A DNA stretch of 64,000 nucleotides from an uncultured Oleiphilaceae bacterium (GCA_913060665.1 CAJXUY010000018.1:43839-107838), one strand, 5' to 3'; counted from the stretch's first letter, positions 20,740 through 30,406 are shown. Numbers and translations: made by a program. Notes: a model not told the origin generated them from the letters alone.

Positions 20740-21216
20740 ATGGTGAGTCTTGATAGGCTGGATCGAAGAATACTAGAAGCACTGCAAAAAAATGGCAGCA
20801 TCAGCAATCTGGAGTTGGCTGAGTTGGTTGGGTTGTCACCCTCGCCATGCTCCCGTCGAGTTAAACAGCTTGAAGAGAGTGGTATCATCAATCGCACCGT
20901 AACATTGTTGAACCCAGATAGATTAAACCTTAAACTCACCGCCATCATCCAGGTGAGTATGGATCGCCATACACCTGACCGGTTCGAAAACTTTGAACAA
21001 GCTTTAGAAGGGTATCCTGAGGTTATGGCCTGCTCATTGATAACCGGGCAAGCGGCTGACTACCTGATTGAAGTGCTGGTACAGGATATGGATGGTTATC
21101 AGGCGTTTTTATTGGGTCGATTGACGCGTATACCAGGTGTTACCGGAGTTCACTCCAGTTTTGTATTGCGTAAAATTATTGACCGAACAGAAATCCCTCT
21201 TACACACTTAAAATAA
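20740..21216 (+). CDS. Lrp/AsnC family transcriptional regulator
   Basis: LDRLDRRILEALQKNGSISNLELAELVGLSPSPCSRRVKQLEESGII is an HTH_AsnC motif, followed by a C-terminal RAM domain. Divergent from leuA. Confidence 0.9.
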   Translation: MVSLDRLDRRILEALQKNGSISNLELAELVGLSPSPCSRRVKQLEESGIINRTVTLLNPDRLNLKLTAIIQVSMDRHTPDRFENFEQALEGYPEVMACSLITGQAADYLIEVLVQDMDGYQAFLLGRLTRIPGVTGVHSSFVLRKIIDRTEIPLTHLK

Positions 21217-21237
21217 TGACTCAAAAGAGAGCCAAGT

Positions 21238-21693
21238 ATGTCTATTGCATTATCATTACACTTGTTAGCCGCTGTTATTTGGGTTGGAGGTATGTTTTTC
21301 GCCTATGTATGTTTGCGCCCGGTCGCGGCAACTCTGTTTGAGCTACCTCATAGACTTCAGCTTTGGGCGCATGTTTTTGTGCGGTTTTTCAGTTGGGTAT
21401 GGGCTGCGGTTATTACGCTTATTGTGACTGGGCATGGCATGATCGCGTTGTATGGCGGCTTCGGCAGTATCGGTAAGCATGTTCATATTATGTTGGCGCT
21501 GGGCTATATTATGCTTTTGTTATTTGCGCACCTTTACTTCGCGCCGTTTAAGCGCCTAAAAAGAGCGGTAGAAGCGGCAGACTGGGTGACGGCAGGCAAT
21601 AATTTAAATCAGATTAGAAAAATTGTTGGTATTAATCTGGTGCTGGGTTTACTGACGGTGGTTGTCGCCAGTGCTGGCCGATATTTGGCTTAG
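21238..21693 (+). CDS. CopD-like four-TM membrane protein
   Basis: 151 aa: LHLLAAVIWVGGMFFAYVCLRP..., with four hydrophobic helices. The family call is pattern-based. Confidence 0.5.
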   Translation: MSIALSLHLLAAVIWVGGMFFAYVCLRPVAATLFELPHRLQLWAHVFVRFFSWVWAAVITLIVTGHGMIALYGGFGSIGKHVHIMLALGYIMLLLFAHLYFAPFKRLKRAVEAADWVTAGNNLNQIRKIVGINLVLGLLTVVVASAGRYLA

Positions 21694-21979
21694 GTCGTTA
21701 TAACAAATACCATCTTGATAAATGTGACGGTAAGCTCAAATTGTATTTAAAGTGAGTAAAGTTGTATTAGTTATGATCTTTGTAATGATGCGTTCTTTGC
21801 AATATTACCTATAGTTATGAGGAGAGATAAAAAGATAGATTCACATTTAGAGCTCGTTTATTGGTTGTTTGTGTGAGTTGTGTCGCGCTTTCGCGACTCT
21901 TGTGTGTGTGTGTTTAACTGGCTATTATGGAAACCTGTTTCATAGACTGTGCAGGCTGCATGTATTTGGAGTAACAGTG

Positions 21980-22585
21980 ATGATGCTAAGAGAGCAAAAA
22001 AAAACACGCTTGGGAGACCTGCTATTAGATAATAATCTGATATCTAAGCAGCAGCTCGACGATGCGATCATTGCTCAAACACACACAGATAAACATCTAG
22101 GTGAAATTTTGGTTGAGATGAAACTGGTCTCCAGATGGCAAGTTTGGCGCCTGTTGAAGCTCCAGCGACATTTGCGTAATACGATACTCACGTCGGTTTT
22201 GAGTTTATCCCCCCTAATGCTAACTGGCTGTGGAGGTGGAGGTGGAGGTTCTGGTGCAGCCACCCAACAAGCTGCTGCGGAACAAGTCTTAACTGAAGAA
22301 CAAGTTGCAATTGAAGAAGAGCTTCGCTCTGCAAGGTTGTCTTGGTCCTTGCCCAGTTCGCGTGCTGACGGTAGTGATCTTGAACTATATGAGATTGAGG
22401 CTTTTAGAATTTACCACACCACTGAAAGCGGCAGTGTAGAAGAAGTGCTTGAAGTGGCAGGGGACGAAACCGAGCTTGATTTATCGGCCTTAGCAGCCGG
22501 TGTCCATCTCTTTGCTATCACTGTGGTGGATAGCAATGGCCTTGAGAGTGACTTTTCAGAAACGGTCACTAAAACGATTTTATAA
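21980..22585 (+). CDS. MshEN-like (putative c-di-GMP-binding) domain - TM helix - Gly linker - FN3-like ectodomain protein
   Basis: GGAG RBS 8 nt upstream of the ATG at 21980. RLGDLLLDNNLISKQQLDDAIIAQ + THTDK + HLGEILVEMKLVSRWQVWRLLKLQ fits the tandem 24-residue MshEN motif with a 5-residue spacer. Then a TM segment (ILTSVLSLSPLMLTGC), a GGGGGGSG linker, and an FN3-like C-terminus (LSWSLPSSRADGSDLELYEIEAFRIYH...). Confidence 0.7.
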   Translation: MMLREQKKTRLGDLLLDNNLISKQQLDDAIIAQTHTDKHLGEILVEMKLVSRWQVWRLLKLQRHLRNTILTSVLSLSPLMLTGCGGGGGGSGAATQQAAAEQVLTEEQVAIEEELRSARLSWSLPSSRADGSDLELYEIEAFRIYHTTESGSVEEVLEVAGDETELDLSALAAGVHLFAITVVDSNGLESDFSETVTKTIL

Positions 22586-22673
22586 GTAGCGCCAAAAATC
22601 TGTTAAGTCGCTCCGGGTGGTTCGGTTTAGATGGTAAAACGTGTTTGGAGTATGATTAACCCCCAGGTTCTTA

Positions 22674-23591
22674 TTAACGGACCTTTCGCTTGTTTTTTCG
22701 AGCTTCTTTAGCGGCTTTTTTGGCTTCTTTCTCTTTTGCCAGAACAATCTGTTCCTTCTCGACTATCTCGGGTGTTTCTAATGTAAGACGCCCGAGTGTT
22801 CCGTCTCGTAGCTCATTGAGAATGATCTCAGATACTTTATGAAGATTGATCTTTCCTCCGGGTCTTAAGCACCCGCGTTTGCGACCTATGATCTCCATTA
22901 GTTCATAGTCGTTTGCGGGTAATGTTTCTAACTGGTAACGCTCCTTAATGGCTTCTGGATAATCGGTTAATAGAAACTCCGCCGCATAGGATGCGACATC
23001 CTCATACTCTATAGCGGTATCCTTTACAGCACCGGTCACGGCTAGTCGGTAACCACAGCTTTCAGGCTCCAATTTGGGCCACAAGAATCCGGGGGTGTCA
23101 GATAGTACAATGCCGTTTTGCAGGTTTATTTTCTGCTGTCGTTTGGTGACGGCGGGTTCGTTGCCCACCTTTGCGATCATTCGGCCAGCTAATGTATTGA
23201 TAATGGTAGATTTACCCACATTGGGGATACCCATAATCAAGGTCCTCACTAAAAGCTCTGAATCAGCCTTATGCGGTAACATTTGGCGACAGAGGTCTAA
23301 TAGGTGCTTGATCTGTCCAGGTTGCTCTGATGTGGTGGGAATCGCTTTAACTCCCTTACTCTTTTCAAGATAATTCACCCATTCTTCAGTGCGCTTAGGG
23401 TCAGCCAGATCGCTTTTATTCAGTACTTTAATACACGGCTTATCACCTCTTAGCGAGTCGGCTAATGGGTTTTCGCTGCTAAAAGGGATACGCGCATCCA
23501 GAACTTCTATGATGAGATCAATCTGCGGCATGATCTCTCGAATCTCTTTGCGGGCCTTGTGCATGTGGCCGGGGAACCAGTTGATCGCCAT
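22674..23591 (-). CDS. ylqF: Ribosome biogenesis GTPase YlqF/RbgA
   Basis: MAINWFPGHMHKARKEI..., circularly permuted GTPase motifs (LNKSDL ... GIPNVGKST), and a Lys-rich tail. Confidence 0.9.
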   Translation of the reverse strand: MAINWFPGHMHKARKEIREIMPQIDLIIEVLDARIPFSSENPLADSLRGDKPCIKVLNKSDLADPKRTEEWVNYLEKSKGVKAIPTTSEQPGQIKHLLDLCRQMLPHKADSELLVRTLIMGIPNVGKSTIINTLAGRMIAKVGNEPAVTKRQQKINLQNGIVLSDTPGFLWPKLEPESCGYRLAVTGAVKDTAIEYEDVASYAAEFLLTDYPEAIKERYQLETLPANDYELMEIIGRKRGCLRPGGKINLHKVSEIILNELRDGTLGRLTLETPEIVEKEQIVLAKEKEAKKAAKEARKNKRKVR

Positions 23592-23949
23592 GAATGTCCT
23601 TAGAGTGAAGAGCAGAAGTCGCTAGTTTACCCGTTGCGAGTGCTATTCGAAACACTCTTTTAAGTAGATGTGTTTCGTGGGCTGATTAAGTAATCATTTT
23701 TGAATAATAACCGCGTGAGGTCTCGACCAATTAGTGCGTGTGCTCCATCTTACCAATCCAGCCTAGCCTTTCAAACAAAAAACCAAAACTACTGCAGCCC
23801 GATACTAACAGGGAGACTGTCAGGATTAAAATGTTCGCTTTTTTGAGGCTGAAGTTGATGTGGTATGAGTCATATCGTTAAGGGCTCTACCTTAGGTATT
23901 AAAAGACATGCTGTTAGTTTTAAAGGGTGGGCGCGAGCTGGCAATAGGG

Positions 23950-24963
23950 TTAATTGGCTGATTTTCGGTATTCAGCAGGTGTGCAGTTTTGCCAGCGTCT
24001 GAATGCTCTGGCAAAACTAGCGGTGTCGTAGTACCCAAGGTGGAAGGCGATTTCGTCTAGCTTCATATCCGTATTATTCAGTAGTTGAACTGCACTCAAT
24101 TGTCTTTCTGTATCGAGTAGTAGTTTGAAGCTGGTGCCTTCGTGGTCTAATTTTCGGCGGAGACTTCGAGATGACATCGCCAGAATTGATGAAACATCTT
24201 CGCATGATGCCGTAAAACCGAGGGGTCCCAAAATTTGTTGTCGAACCTTGCCTGTTATGCCTGACTGTTGCCTCAATTTAAGTTGTTGACGGCATTGATC
24301 GTGCATCAAATGAACAAGTTGGGAGTCATAGGTTGACAGTTTTTTGTCTGCTTCGGCACTTGAGATAAACAGGGCGTTTCTATCGCTATTAAAAGTAGGC
24401 TTGATGCCAAGCACATCTTCAAAGTATTTAGCGTAGCTAGACGGGGGACCTCTAAACTCAACCTTGGTGCAACTAACGCCCGATAGGCCAAGCTCTTTCA
24501 AAATATTGACGCTTGTGGCCATATCTCTCTCTAAGAAAAACTGGCGCAGAGGTGTTTCAATTTGGTCTGCATCAAACATGACTCCAAAGTGCCCATTTTC
24601 TTCTATCTCTTGAATATGGCAATAAGCAGTGCTCAATGGCAGGTATCGTAGAGCCACTGAAATTGCATCTCGAAGCGTTCTGCAGGTTCTCAACGCGAAC
24701 CCCCAAACTCCAAAAGTTGATACGCTGTAAAGCAGGCCCAGCTTAAAACCTAAAGAAGGCTCCGTTGGTAGCGCTGATATAAGGTTTTCTACTAGCTTTA
24801 TTTCTTGGGAGCGATTGATCAGCGCCTCAGCGTCTGCAAGTTGTTGCTCAGTGATATCAGTATCTAATAGACACGTCTTTTTATCGATGCCATATTTGGC
24901 AGCGAAATTAACCATTACTTGACTGATGACTATCGGGTGAAGTGTTGAGTTTATCTGTGACAT
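23950..24963 (-). CDS. AraC family transcriptional regulator
   Basis: 337 aa. C-terminal HTH_18 region (...EIAFHLGYYDTASFARAFRRW...) and an N-terminal AraC-binding-like domain. Confidence 0.88.
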   Translation of the reverse strand: MSQINSTLHPIVISQVMVNFAAKYGIDKKTCLLDTDITEQQLADAEALINRSQEIKLVENLISALPTEPSLGFKLGLLYSVSTFGVWGFALRTCRTLRDAISVALRYLPLSTAYCHIQEIEENGHFGVMFDADQIETPLRQFFLERDMATSVNILKELGLSGVSCTKVEFRGPPSSYAKYFEDVLGIKPTFNSDRNALFISSAEADKKLSTYDSQLVHLMHDQCRQQLKLRQQSGITGKVRQQILGPLGFTASCEDVSSILAMSSRSLRRKLDHEGTSFKLLLDTERQLSAVQLLNNTDMKLDEIAFHLGYYDTASFARAFRRWQNCTPAEYRKSAN

Positions 24964-25279
24964 ACCCTGATTATATCCGAATTCTATTTTTGATGCAGGG
25001 AATACGGCTATAATATCTGGTTATGTATAACAAAAGGCCTAAATAGACCTATAGTACAAAATATAACGCTTTATATTTGATCAAAATATTAAGTATAAAA
25101 AAGGGTATAACTGATATTAAGCCTACCCCACCCATAAAAGTCATTATGAGGCTTATGGTAGTCAAATGACTTGAACCTAAATCTTATCAATATCATCTTT
25201 TGAGGCCGATAAACCCCCATCGCCATACTTAATACAGCACTTGCCGCACGAGTTACAGGCTTTCATTTGATACGCATGC

Positions 25280-25954
25280 TTATGCGAATGCCTCAATTTT
25301 CTTGGCTTTTAATAGCACTTTGACGATATCAGAGTAAGTGATAATGCCTTGTAACGCATTGTTCTCGATTATGACAATTCCGTCTAACCTGTTTTCTAAC
25401 ATGACTTCAGCTAGCTCATATAAGTCCGTGTCTGGGGTCGCGGATAATAGTATGCGATGACAGAACGTATCGAGTGTAACGTCTGTTGTGGCTGCCTCAT
25501 TTTCCATAAGGTAAGGGAGAATATTTTTCTCAGACAGCAACCCGGCCAATTGATGATTCTCATCGGTGATAACCAGATGATTAATGCCATGGTGCTGCAT
25601 TAACGTCCATGACTCATCAAGGGTCGTTGTGATGGGGGTGCTAATGACCGGTTTTGACATAATCGACCATGCGAGTGCCTGAAACTGTTGTTCTGAAGGT
25701 TGGTCCCGTGTTTCTGAATAGGCATTGGCCGCTATTTGGTTCTCTCTTTCTTGCTCGGCGTGCTGTCCGTCGCCTGAAATGTCTTGATCATGGTCCGAAA
25801 GAGGGGGGTAGTTTTCAGGGTTAGGGGTTATCTTACGGTGGGTCTTTTGAATTTCATTTAGCTCTTCTGGCGCAAGTATTTGCCGTATCCGAAACTTGTC
25901 GGATAGCGGCGTTACGATGCCTCGAGAGGGTTCATGAATGAAGAATACAGGCAT
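25280..25954 (-). CDS. CBS domain-containing protein
   Basis: The C-terminal half contains a CBS pair (IMSKPVISTP...HHGINHLVITDENHQLAGLLS...LDGIVIIENNALQGIITYSDIVK). The N-terminal half is acidic and low-complexity. Confidence 0.8.
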   Translation of the reverse strand: MPVFFIHEPSRGIVTPLSDKFRIRQILAPEELNEIQKTHRKITPNPENYPPLSDHDQDISGDGQHAEQERENQIAANAYSETRDQPSEQQFQALAWSIMSKPVISTPITTTLDESWTLMQHHGINHLVITDENHQLAGLLSEKNILPYLMENEAATTDVTLDTFCHRILLSATPDTDLYELAEVMLENRLDGIVIIENNALQGIITYSDIVKVLLKAKKIEAFA

Positions 25955-25962
25955 TTAATCAC

Positions 25963-26331
25963 CTAATAGATAACAGGCTTTCTCATAATGTAAACGGTCA
26001 CTGATGCGCCGATAACGCCTAACAACAATGCTGACCAAAGTTTAGCAATCAGCAGCATTGAGAGAATCATACTGGCCCACATCACGAAGATGATTCTATT
26101 TCTCACTTTAACGGGAAGCCCTTCGCCGCCGCTCCATGTTTCCACTATAGGTCCGAGTTTTGGATGAGACACAAGCCAGTTATGAAAAACAGGGGATGAA
26201 CGGCTAAAACACCATGCTGCTAATAATATAAAAGGGGTAGTAGGTAATAGCGGTAGGAAAATACCAACGACGCCCAGCACTATGCTAAGCCAGCCTAAGA
26301 TAATAACAAGATAACGAGTAGACTCTATCAT
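25963..26331 (-). CDS. ybaN: YbaN (DUF454) family inner-membrane protein
   Basis: 122 aa. LGVVGIFLPLLPTTPFILLAAWCFSRSSPVFHNWL is the DUF454 signature. Confidence 0.85.
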   Translation of the reverse strand: MIESTRYLVIILGWLSIVLGVVGIFLPLLPTTPFILLAAWCFSRSSPVFHNWLVSHPKLGPIVETWSGGEGLPVKVRNRIIFVMWASMILSMLLIAKLWSALLLGVIGASVTVYIMRKPVIY

Positions 26332-26375
26332 CCGGTGCCTCTATACATTCGCTTCCTTTACATCATAGCATACGG

Positions 26376-27908
26376 CTATTCGGTTCGCATTGCACTGACG
26401 GTGCTGAATAGATGCTCTGCCTCGGTTTTGATTTGTTGGCTGTTTTCCGCAATGGTTTCGGTGTTGCGATAGACTTGGCGTGTATCTTCCTGAATGTGCT
26501 GGATGCTGTTGTTAATCTCTTCAGAAGTTTGGCTCTGTTGTTCAGCTGCGGAGGCAATCAACATATTTTTGTTTGTTACCTGAGTGACGATATTGTTAAT
26601 CTCTTCAATTGCGCTGGCAGCACCTTCGGCAGATGTGACGCACTCATCAGCACGGGAGCGACTACTTTCCATTGTGTGATTAATAGTGGTGGCTTCTTGT
26701 TGAATGCTCGAAACAACGGTTTGAATTTGATCGGTGGCTTCTTGTGCGTGAATCGCAAGCTTACGAACTTCATCGGCTACCACTGAAAACCCTCTTCCAG
26801 ACTCGCCCGCTCTTGCTGCTTCTATTGCCGCGTTGAGCGCCAAAAGATTTGTTTGATCGGCAATCGCTCTGATTTCACCGGTTGCACTTTCAATTTTCAA
26901 ACTGTCGGCATTGAGTGCCGAGACCATCTCAGCGGCATTGGATATGTCGTTACTGAGTTGAGTAATCGCATGTTTTGTTTTCTGAACTAATTGTGCACCA
27001 TCTCGGCTTTTATGTGATGCGCTTTCAGATATTTGGTGAGTTTCAACTGCACGCTGTGATATTTCATTGGCGGCAGAGTTCATCTGCAGCATAGCCGACG
27101 CAAGTTGGTCGGATTGAGTGGATTGGCGATCCATACCCTCTCGATTGTCGGTGGATGTTTGAGAAAGTGATTTTGATGTATGGCTTAGGGTTTCCGCTGA
27201 CTGGCGAATGGTCTTGATGGTATTCATCCTACCATCTTGCATGTGGTTAAAGGCTGATGCCATTTGGCCGACTTCATCTAAGGAGTCTATGTGAACGCGA
27301 GCGGTCAGGTCTTTCTCACTTTGAACATATAGCATCACTGTTTTTAGCTTATTAATATGACGCTCAATAAAACTGATGAGTAGTTGTGATGCAATTAACA
27401 ATGCCACCATCAATATAGCGGTTACTACGGCATAACGGCCGGCCTCATTTTTAAACACTTGCCAAAAAGAGGGGGATTGAGTGACAAGTCCTATATGTGT
27501 TCCGCTTTCTGGGTGCTTCAAAATCGTTACTAGGGTGTTAGGAGTATTAGAGAGTAGCCCGGGATTATTGCCAGCTCGTTTAATGTCGCCGGTAGCGCCC
27601 AAGGCTTCTTTAACTAGCGCTGAGGGAACCTTAAGTGTGCGGGGTGAAACCTGATTGGATTGTTGGTCAATAACAAAAAAATGGCTGGTTTTTCGAATGG
27701 AATTGATTAGCTCGACGGCATCCATACCCTGAACAATCGCTACGGTTTGCTCTATCTGTTGGGTCGATGAGAGCTTGTTGGCAGTTAGCCTTTGCTCGGT
27801 TTCAGTATGCATCGCATAGAGAGCCAATAAACAAACCGTTGCGAACGATACCGCGTTGACCAACCAAAACTTGTATTTTAATTTTAAGTTGAGAAGAATC
27901 CGAAGCAT
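26376..27908 (-). CDS. Methyl-accepting chemotaxis protein
   Basis: TM helix, a periplasmic region of about 150 aa, a second TM helix, HAMP, and the MCP signalling domain ([35 protein letters not shown]). I prefer the ATG at 27908 ([16 protein letters not shown]...); the track ORF extends to 28022. Confidence 0.88.
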   Translation of the reverse strand: MLRILLNLKLKYKFWLVNAVSFATVCLLALYAMHTETEQRLTANKLSSTQQIEQTVAIVQGMDAVELINSIRKTSHFFVIDQQSNQVSPRTLKVPSALVKEALGATGDIKRAGNNPGLLSNTPNTLVTILKHPESGTHIGLVTQSPSFWQVFKNEAGRYAVVTAILMVALLIASQLLISFIERHINKLKTVMLYVQSEKDLTARVHIDSLDEVGQMASAFNHMQDGRMNTIKTIRQSAETLSHTSKSLSQTSTDNREGMDRQSTQSDQLASAMLQMNSAANEISQRAVETHQISESASHKSRDGAQLVQKTKHAITQLSNDISNAAEMVSALNADSLKIESATGEIRAIADQTNLLALNAAIEAARAGESGRGFSVVADEVRKLAIHAQEATDQIQTVVSSIQQEATTINHTMESSRSRADECVTSAEGAASAIEEINNIVTQVTNKNMLIASAAEQQSQTSEEINNSIQHIQEDTRQVYRNTETIAENSQQIKTEAEHLFSTVSAMRTE

Positions 27909-28112
27909 ATAAGATACGACTATCCGAGTAGTGGGTTGAGAGGCTCTTTGCTTATTAAATATTATAGCGGCTGTAGGCAGAATTGCTGCAGTATCATTTT
28001 GCATGTTTTTGTAATACCCCACTAGGCTGGCTAAACGGGTTAATGTGGTTCTTGCTCTTATGTGCTGGAGCTACGATAATGATGACTTTTTAGTGACCCT
28101 TTCCCTGAGGAA

Positions 28113-28613
28113 ATGTACATGATCATCGACAAAAACAAGGTCGTCAGCTTTCATTACCGTTTGACTGAAGAAGGCGGAAAGGCGATAGAAAACTCCCATG
28201 GCGGCGAGCCCATGTTGTTTCTAAAGGGGTACAACAATATCGTAGCAGGTCTTGAAAAGGCGATGGAAGGCAAGCAAGCAGGTGATACGTTTTCAGTCAC
28301 CGTGTCACCGTCTGAAGGCTATGGCGAGCGAAATGAAGGAAACCAGCAACGCATCCCTATCAAACATTTGCATGGTGATAAAAAGTCGAAAGCTAAGATT
28401 CGTGCGGGTATGGTTGTTTCAGTTGAAACTGAAGATGGGCCGCGTCAGGTGACCGTTGTAAAAGCAGGTAAGTTCAACGTTGATGTTGATAGTAATCACC
28501 CGTTAGCAGGTCGTACATTAGTGTTTGATGTTGAGGTGGTTGATGTGCGTGAAGCCACTGCTGAAGAAGCGTCTCATGGTCACGCCCATGGTGTTGGTGG
28601 TCACCAGCACTAA
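28113..28613 (+). CDS. slyD: FKBP-type peptidyl-prolyl isomerase SlyD
   Basis: FKBP fold with an IF insert and a His-rich metal-binding tail (ASHGHAHGVGGHQH). Confidence 0.9.
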   Translation: MYMIIDKNKVVSFHYRLTEEGGKAIENSHGGEPMLFLKGYNNIVAGLEKAMEGKQAGDTFSVTVSPSEGYGERNEGNQQRIPIKHLHGDKKSKAKIRAGMVVSVETEDGPRQVTVVKAGKFNVDVDSNHPLAGRTLVFDVEVVDVREATAEEASHGHAHGVGGHQH

Positions 28614-28686
28614 TTTATTACTCAAAGAGCTGAGTGCAGCTCAGTGTTACCACTGGTCTGCATGTTACGCATTTTTAATCAGACAC

Positions 28687-28911
28687 TTACTCGATATCCA
28701 TGTTCTTCATGGGTTTGATAATGTGCGTCAAACCGTGGATATGAACCTCCAAAGATAGTTTTAGTAAGTGCCCTAATTGTCCTTCAGGAAAGCCTTTTTT
28801 TGCAAACCAAAGCAAATATTCTTCAGGTAAGTCAATCAATACCCGGCCGCTGTACTTACCAAAGGGCATTTTCATTTTGGCTAGCTTGACCAAATCTTGT
28901 TTATCAAACAT
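28687..28911 (-). CDS. DUF3820 family protein
   Basis: 74 aa. KMPFGKYSGRVLIDLPEEYLLWFAKKGFPEGQLG is the DUF3820 pattern. Its start overlaps the HopJ-family stop (TAATG). Confidence 0.75.
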   Translation of the reverse strand: MFDKQDLVKLAKMKMPFGKYSGRVLIDLPEEYLLWFAKKGFPEGQLGHLLKLSLEVHIHGLTHIIKPMKNMDIE

Positions 28912-29255
28912 TACTTCGCGGCAAGCGCTGGCTGGTCAAACTTAATACCCTCCCATCCAGAGACCATAAAAGCTCTGATATTGGCGTGATCTCCCCCGTC
29001 TGGATGCTTTAACACATCATCACGATAATACTTGCCAAAGCACGCTAGCATCTCGTCATCAGACAGTTGATTGAGCAATCCGAATGCAAATAGCTTACAA
29101 GAGCCTTCATTAGTGCCTGCTTCATTCGTCACACCGCCATTGGTAAAGCGGGTAGGTTGGTAGTCGTAGTTTTCTGCAATAGACGCGATAACTTGATCAA
29201 ACTCCACGGTTTCAGGTGCGTTCTCCAGTTGTTCTATTAGTTGGCTTTCTGTCAT
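28911..29255 (-). CDS. HopJ type III effector family protein
   Basis: 114 aa. The pattern ...YQPTRFTNGGVTNEAGTNEGSCKLFAFG...FGKYYRDDVLKHPDGGDHANIRAF matches the HopJ family. Confidence 0.75.
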   Translation of the reverse strand: MTESQLIEQLENAPETVEFDQVIASIAENYDYQPTRFTNGGVTNEAGTNEGSCKLFAFGLLNQLSDDEMLACFGKYYRDDVLKHPDGGDHANIRAFMVSGWEGIKFDQPALAAK

Positions 29256-29396
29256 AGTGATGCCTCAAACGTGTTGTTTTCGATTTAGAGATAAATATCT
29301 ACGACGCAATTGCGTCAAGAACGCTTAATGGTTGGCGATGTTAGGTTGAATAAACACTAAAATCAATACAGTTGATGATCAATAAAGAGTGAGTGA

Positions 29397-29984
29397 ATGA
29401 AACCCGTTGCTGAATCCTGCTTAAGAAACCAACAGCCCATCGCCGATGTATTGCGCGATGTTTTGAAGTATATGAATGCGGTATTAGAGCTGGGTAGTGG
29501 CACTGGCCAGCACGGGGTGTACCTGGCGGAGCGTTTCCCTCATTTGAAATGGCAGCCTAGTGATTTAAAAGAATGTTTGCCCGGAATGAGACTGTGGTGG
29601 CAAGAAGCGGGCTTGAATAATCTTTGTGAGCCGATTGAACTGGATGTAACCCGAGAACACTGGCCCGTTACTATAGCCTATGACGCTGTTTTTACCGCGA
29701 ATACGGTTCACTTTGTTGGCAGGAGTATAGCAGAAGCACTGTTAATGGGAGCTGCAAAATCGCTACGGTCAGAGGGGGTGGTTTGTATCTATGGACCGTT
29801 TAACAAAAACGGGTGCTACTCAGGAGAGGGTAATCGGCGATTTGATCAGTGGTTAAAGGCGAGAGATCCAGAAAGTGGTATTAAAGATATTGAATGGGTA
29901 GAGGAAGTGTTAGGCCAGCATGGGTTAGTGCTAAAAAGCCGACATCAAATGCCGGCTAATAATCTTATGTTGGTGTTTAATTAA
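29397..29984 (+). CDS. DUF938 family SAM-dependent methyltransferase-like protein
   Basis: RNQQPIADVL...VLELGSGTGQHGVYLAERFPHLKWQPSD has the DUF938 layout with a class I MTase GxGxG. Confidence 0.8.
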   Translation: MKPVAESCLRNQQPIADVLRDVLKYMNAVLELGSGTGQHGVYLAERFPHLKWQPSDLKECLPGMRLWWQEAGLNNLCEPIELDVTREHWPVTIAYDAVFTANTVHFVGRSIAEALLMGAAKSLRSEGVVCIYGPFNKNGCYSGEGNRRFDQWLKARDPESGIKDIEWVEEVLGQHGLVLKSRHQMPANNLMLVFN

Positions 29985-30406
29985 AACTGATAACGCACAC
30001 CAATGGCACCACTTAAGTCAAACTCAAAGTCTTCAATTATTTGCAGCTCCGGTATCACCTGAGCGTAAACATCCCAGCCTGAGGCAAAATTTGCCTCTAC
30101 ACCTACTGGGGCACGAGCGCCGAAATCATTGTCATCATCATCCCAGTCTATGTAACCACCGCCGGCTATGTACCAGTTGAGAGGGATTTTAGCCTCTATT
30201 TTTTCTCTAACGATCGTGTAATCCACGGCTAGGCCGTCATTACCGATAAAACCATTATACTTATCTAGTTTGCCCGTTAGCCCAAAACCCAGGTCATAAC
30301 CAAAGCCTAGCTTTATGCCATTTAATGGGTTTTCTTCTGCATGTACCATTGAGCACAAAGAAAGCGCACAAACTGACCTGAGTATGAGTGATTTAATAGG
30401 TTGCAT
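29981..30406 (-). CDS. Small outer-membrane beta-barrel protein
   Basis: Signal peptide ...LCSMVHA, alternating beta pattern, and a C-terminal ...GVRYQF. Confidence 0.65.
   Translation of the reverse strand: MQPIKSLILRSVCALSLCSMVHAEENPLNGIKLGFGYDLGFGLTGKLDKYNGFIGNDGLAVDYTIVREKIEAKIPLNWYIAGGGYIDWDDDDNDFGARAPVGVEANFASGWDVYAQVIPELQIIEDFEFDLSGAIGVRYQF

Noticed and set aside
21901-21912. (TG)6 dinucleotide repeat upstream of the MshEN-like gene as a phase-variation switch
   Set aside because: Six units is short for efficient slippage, and it is not positioned between clear -35 and -10 elements. It is mentioned within the MshEN finding only.
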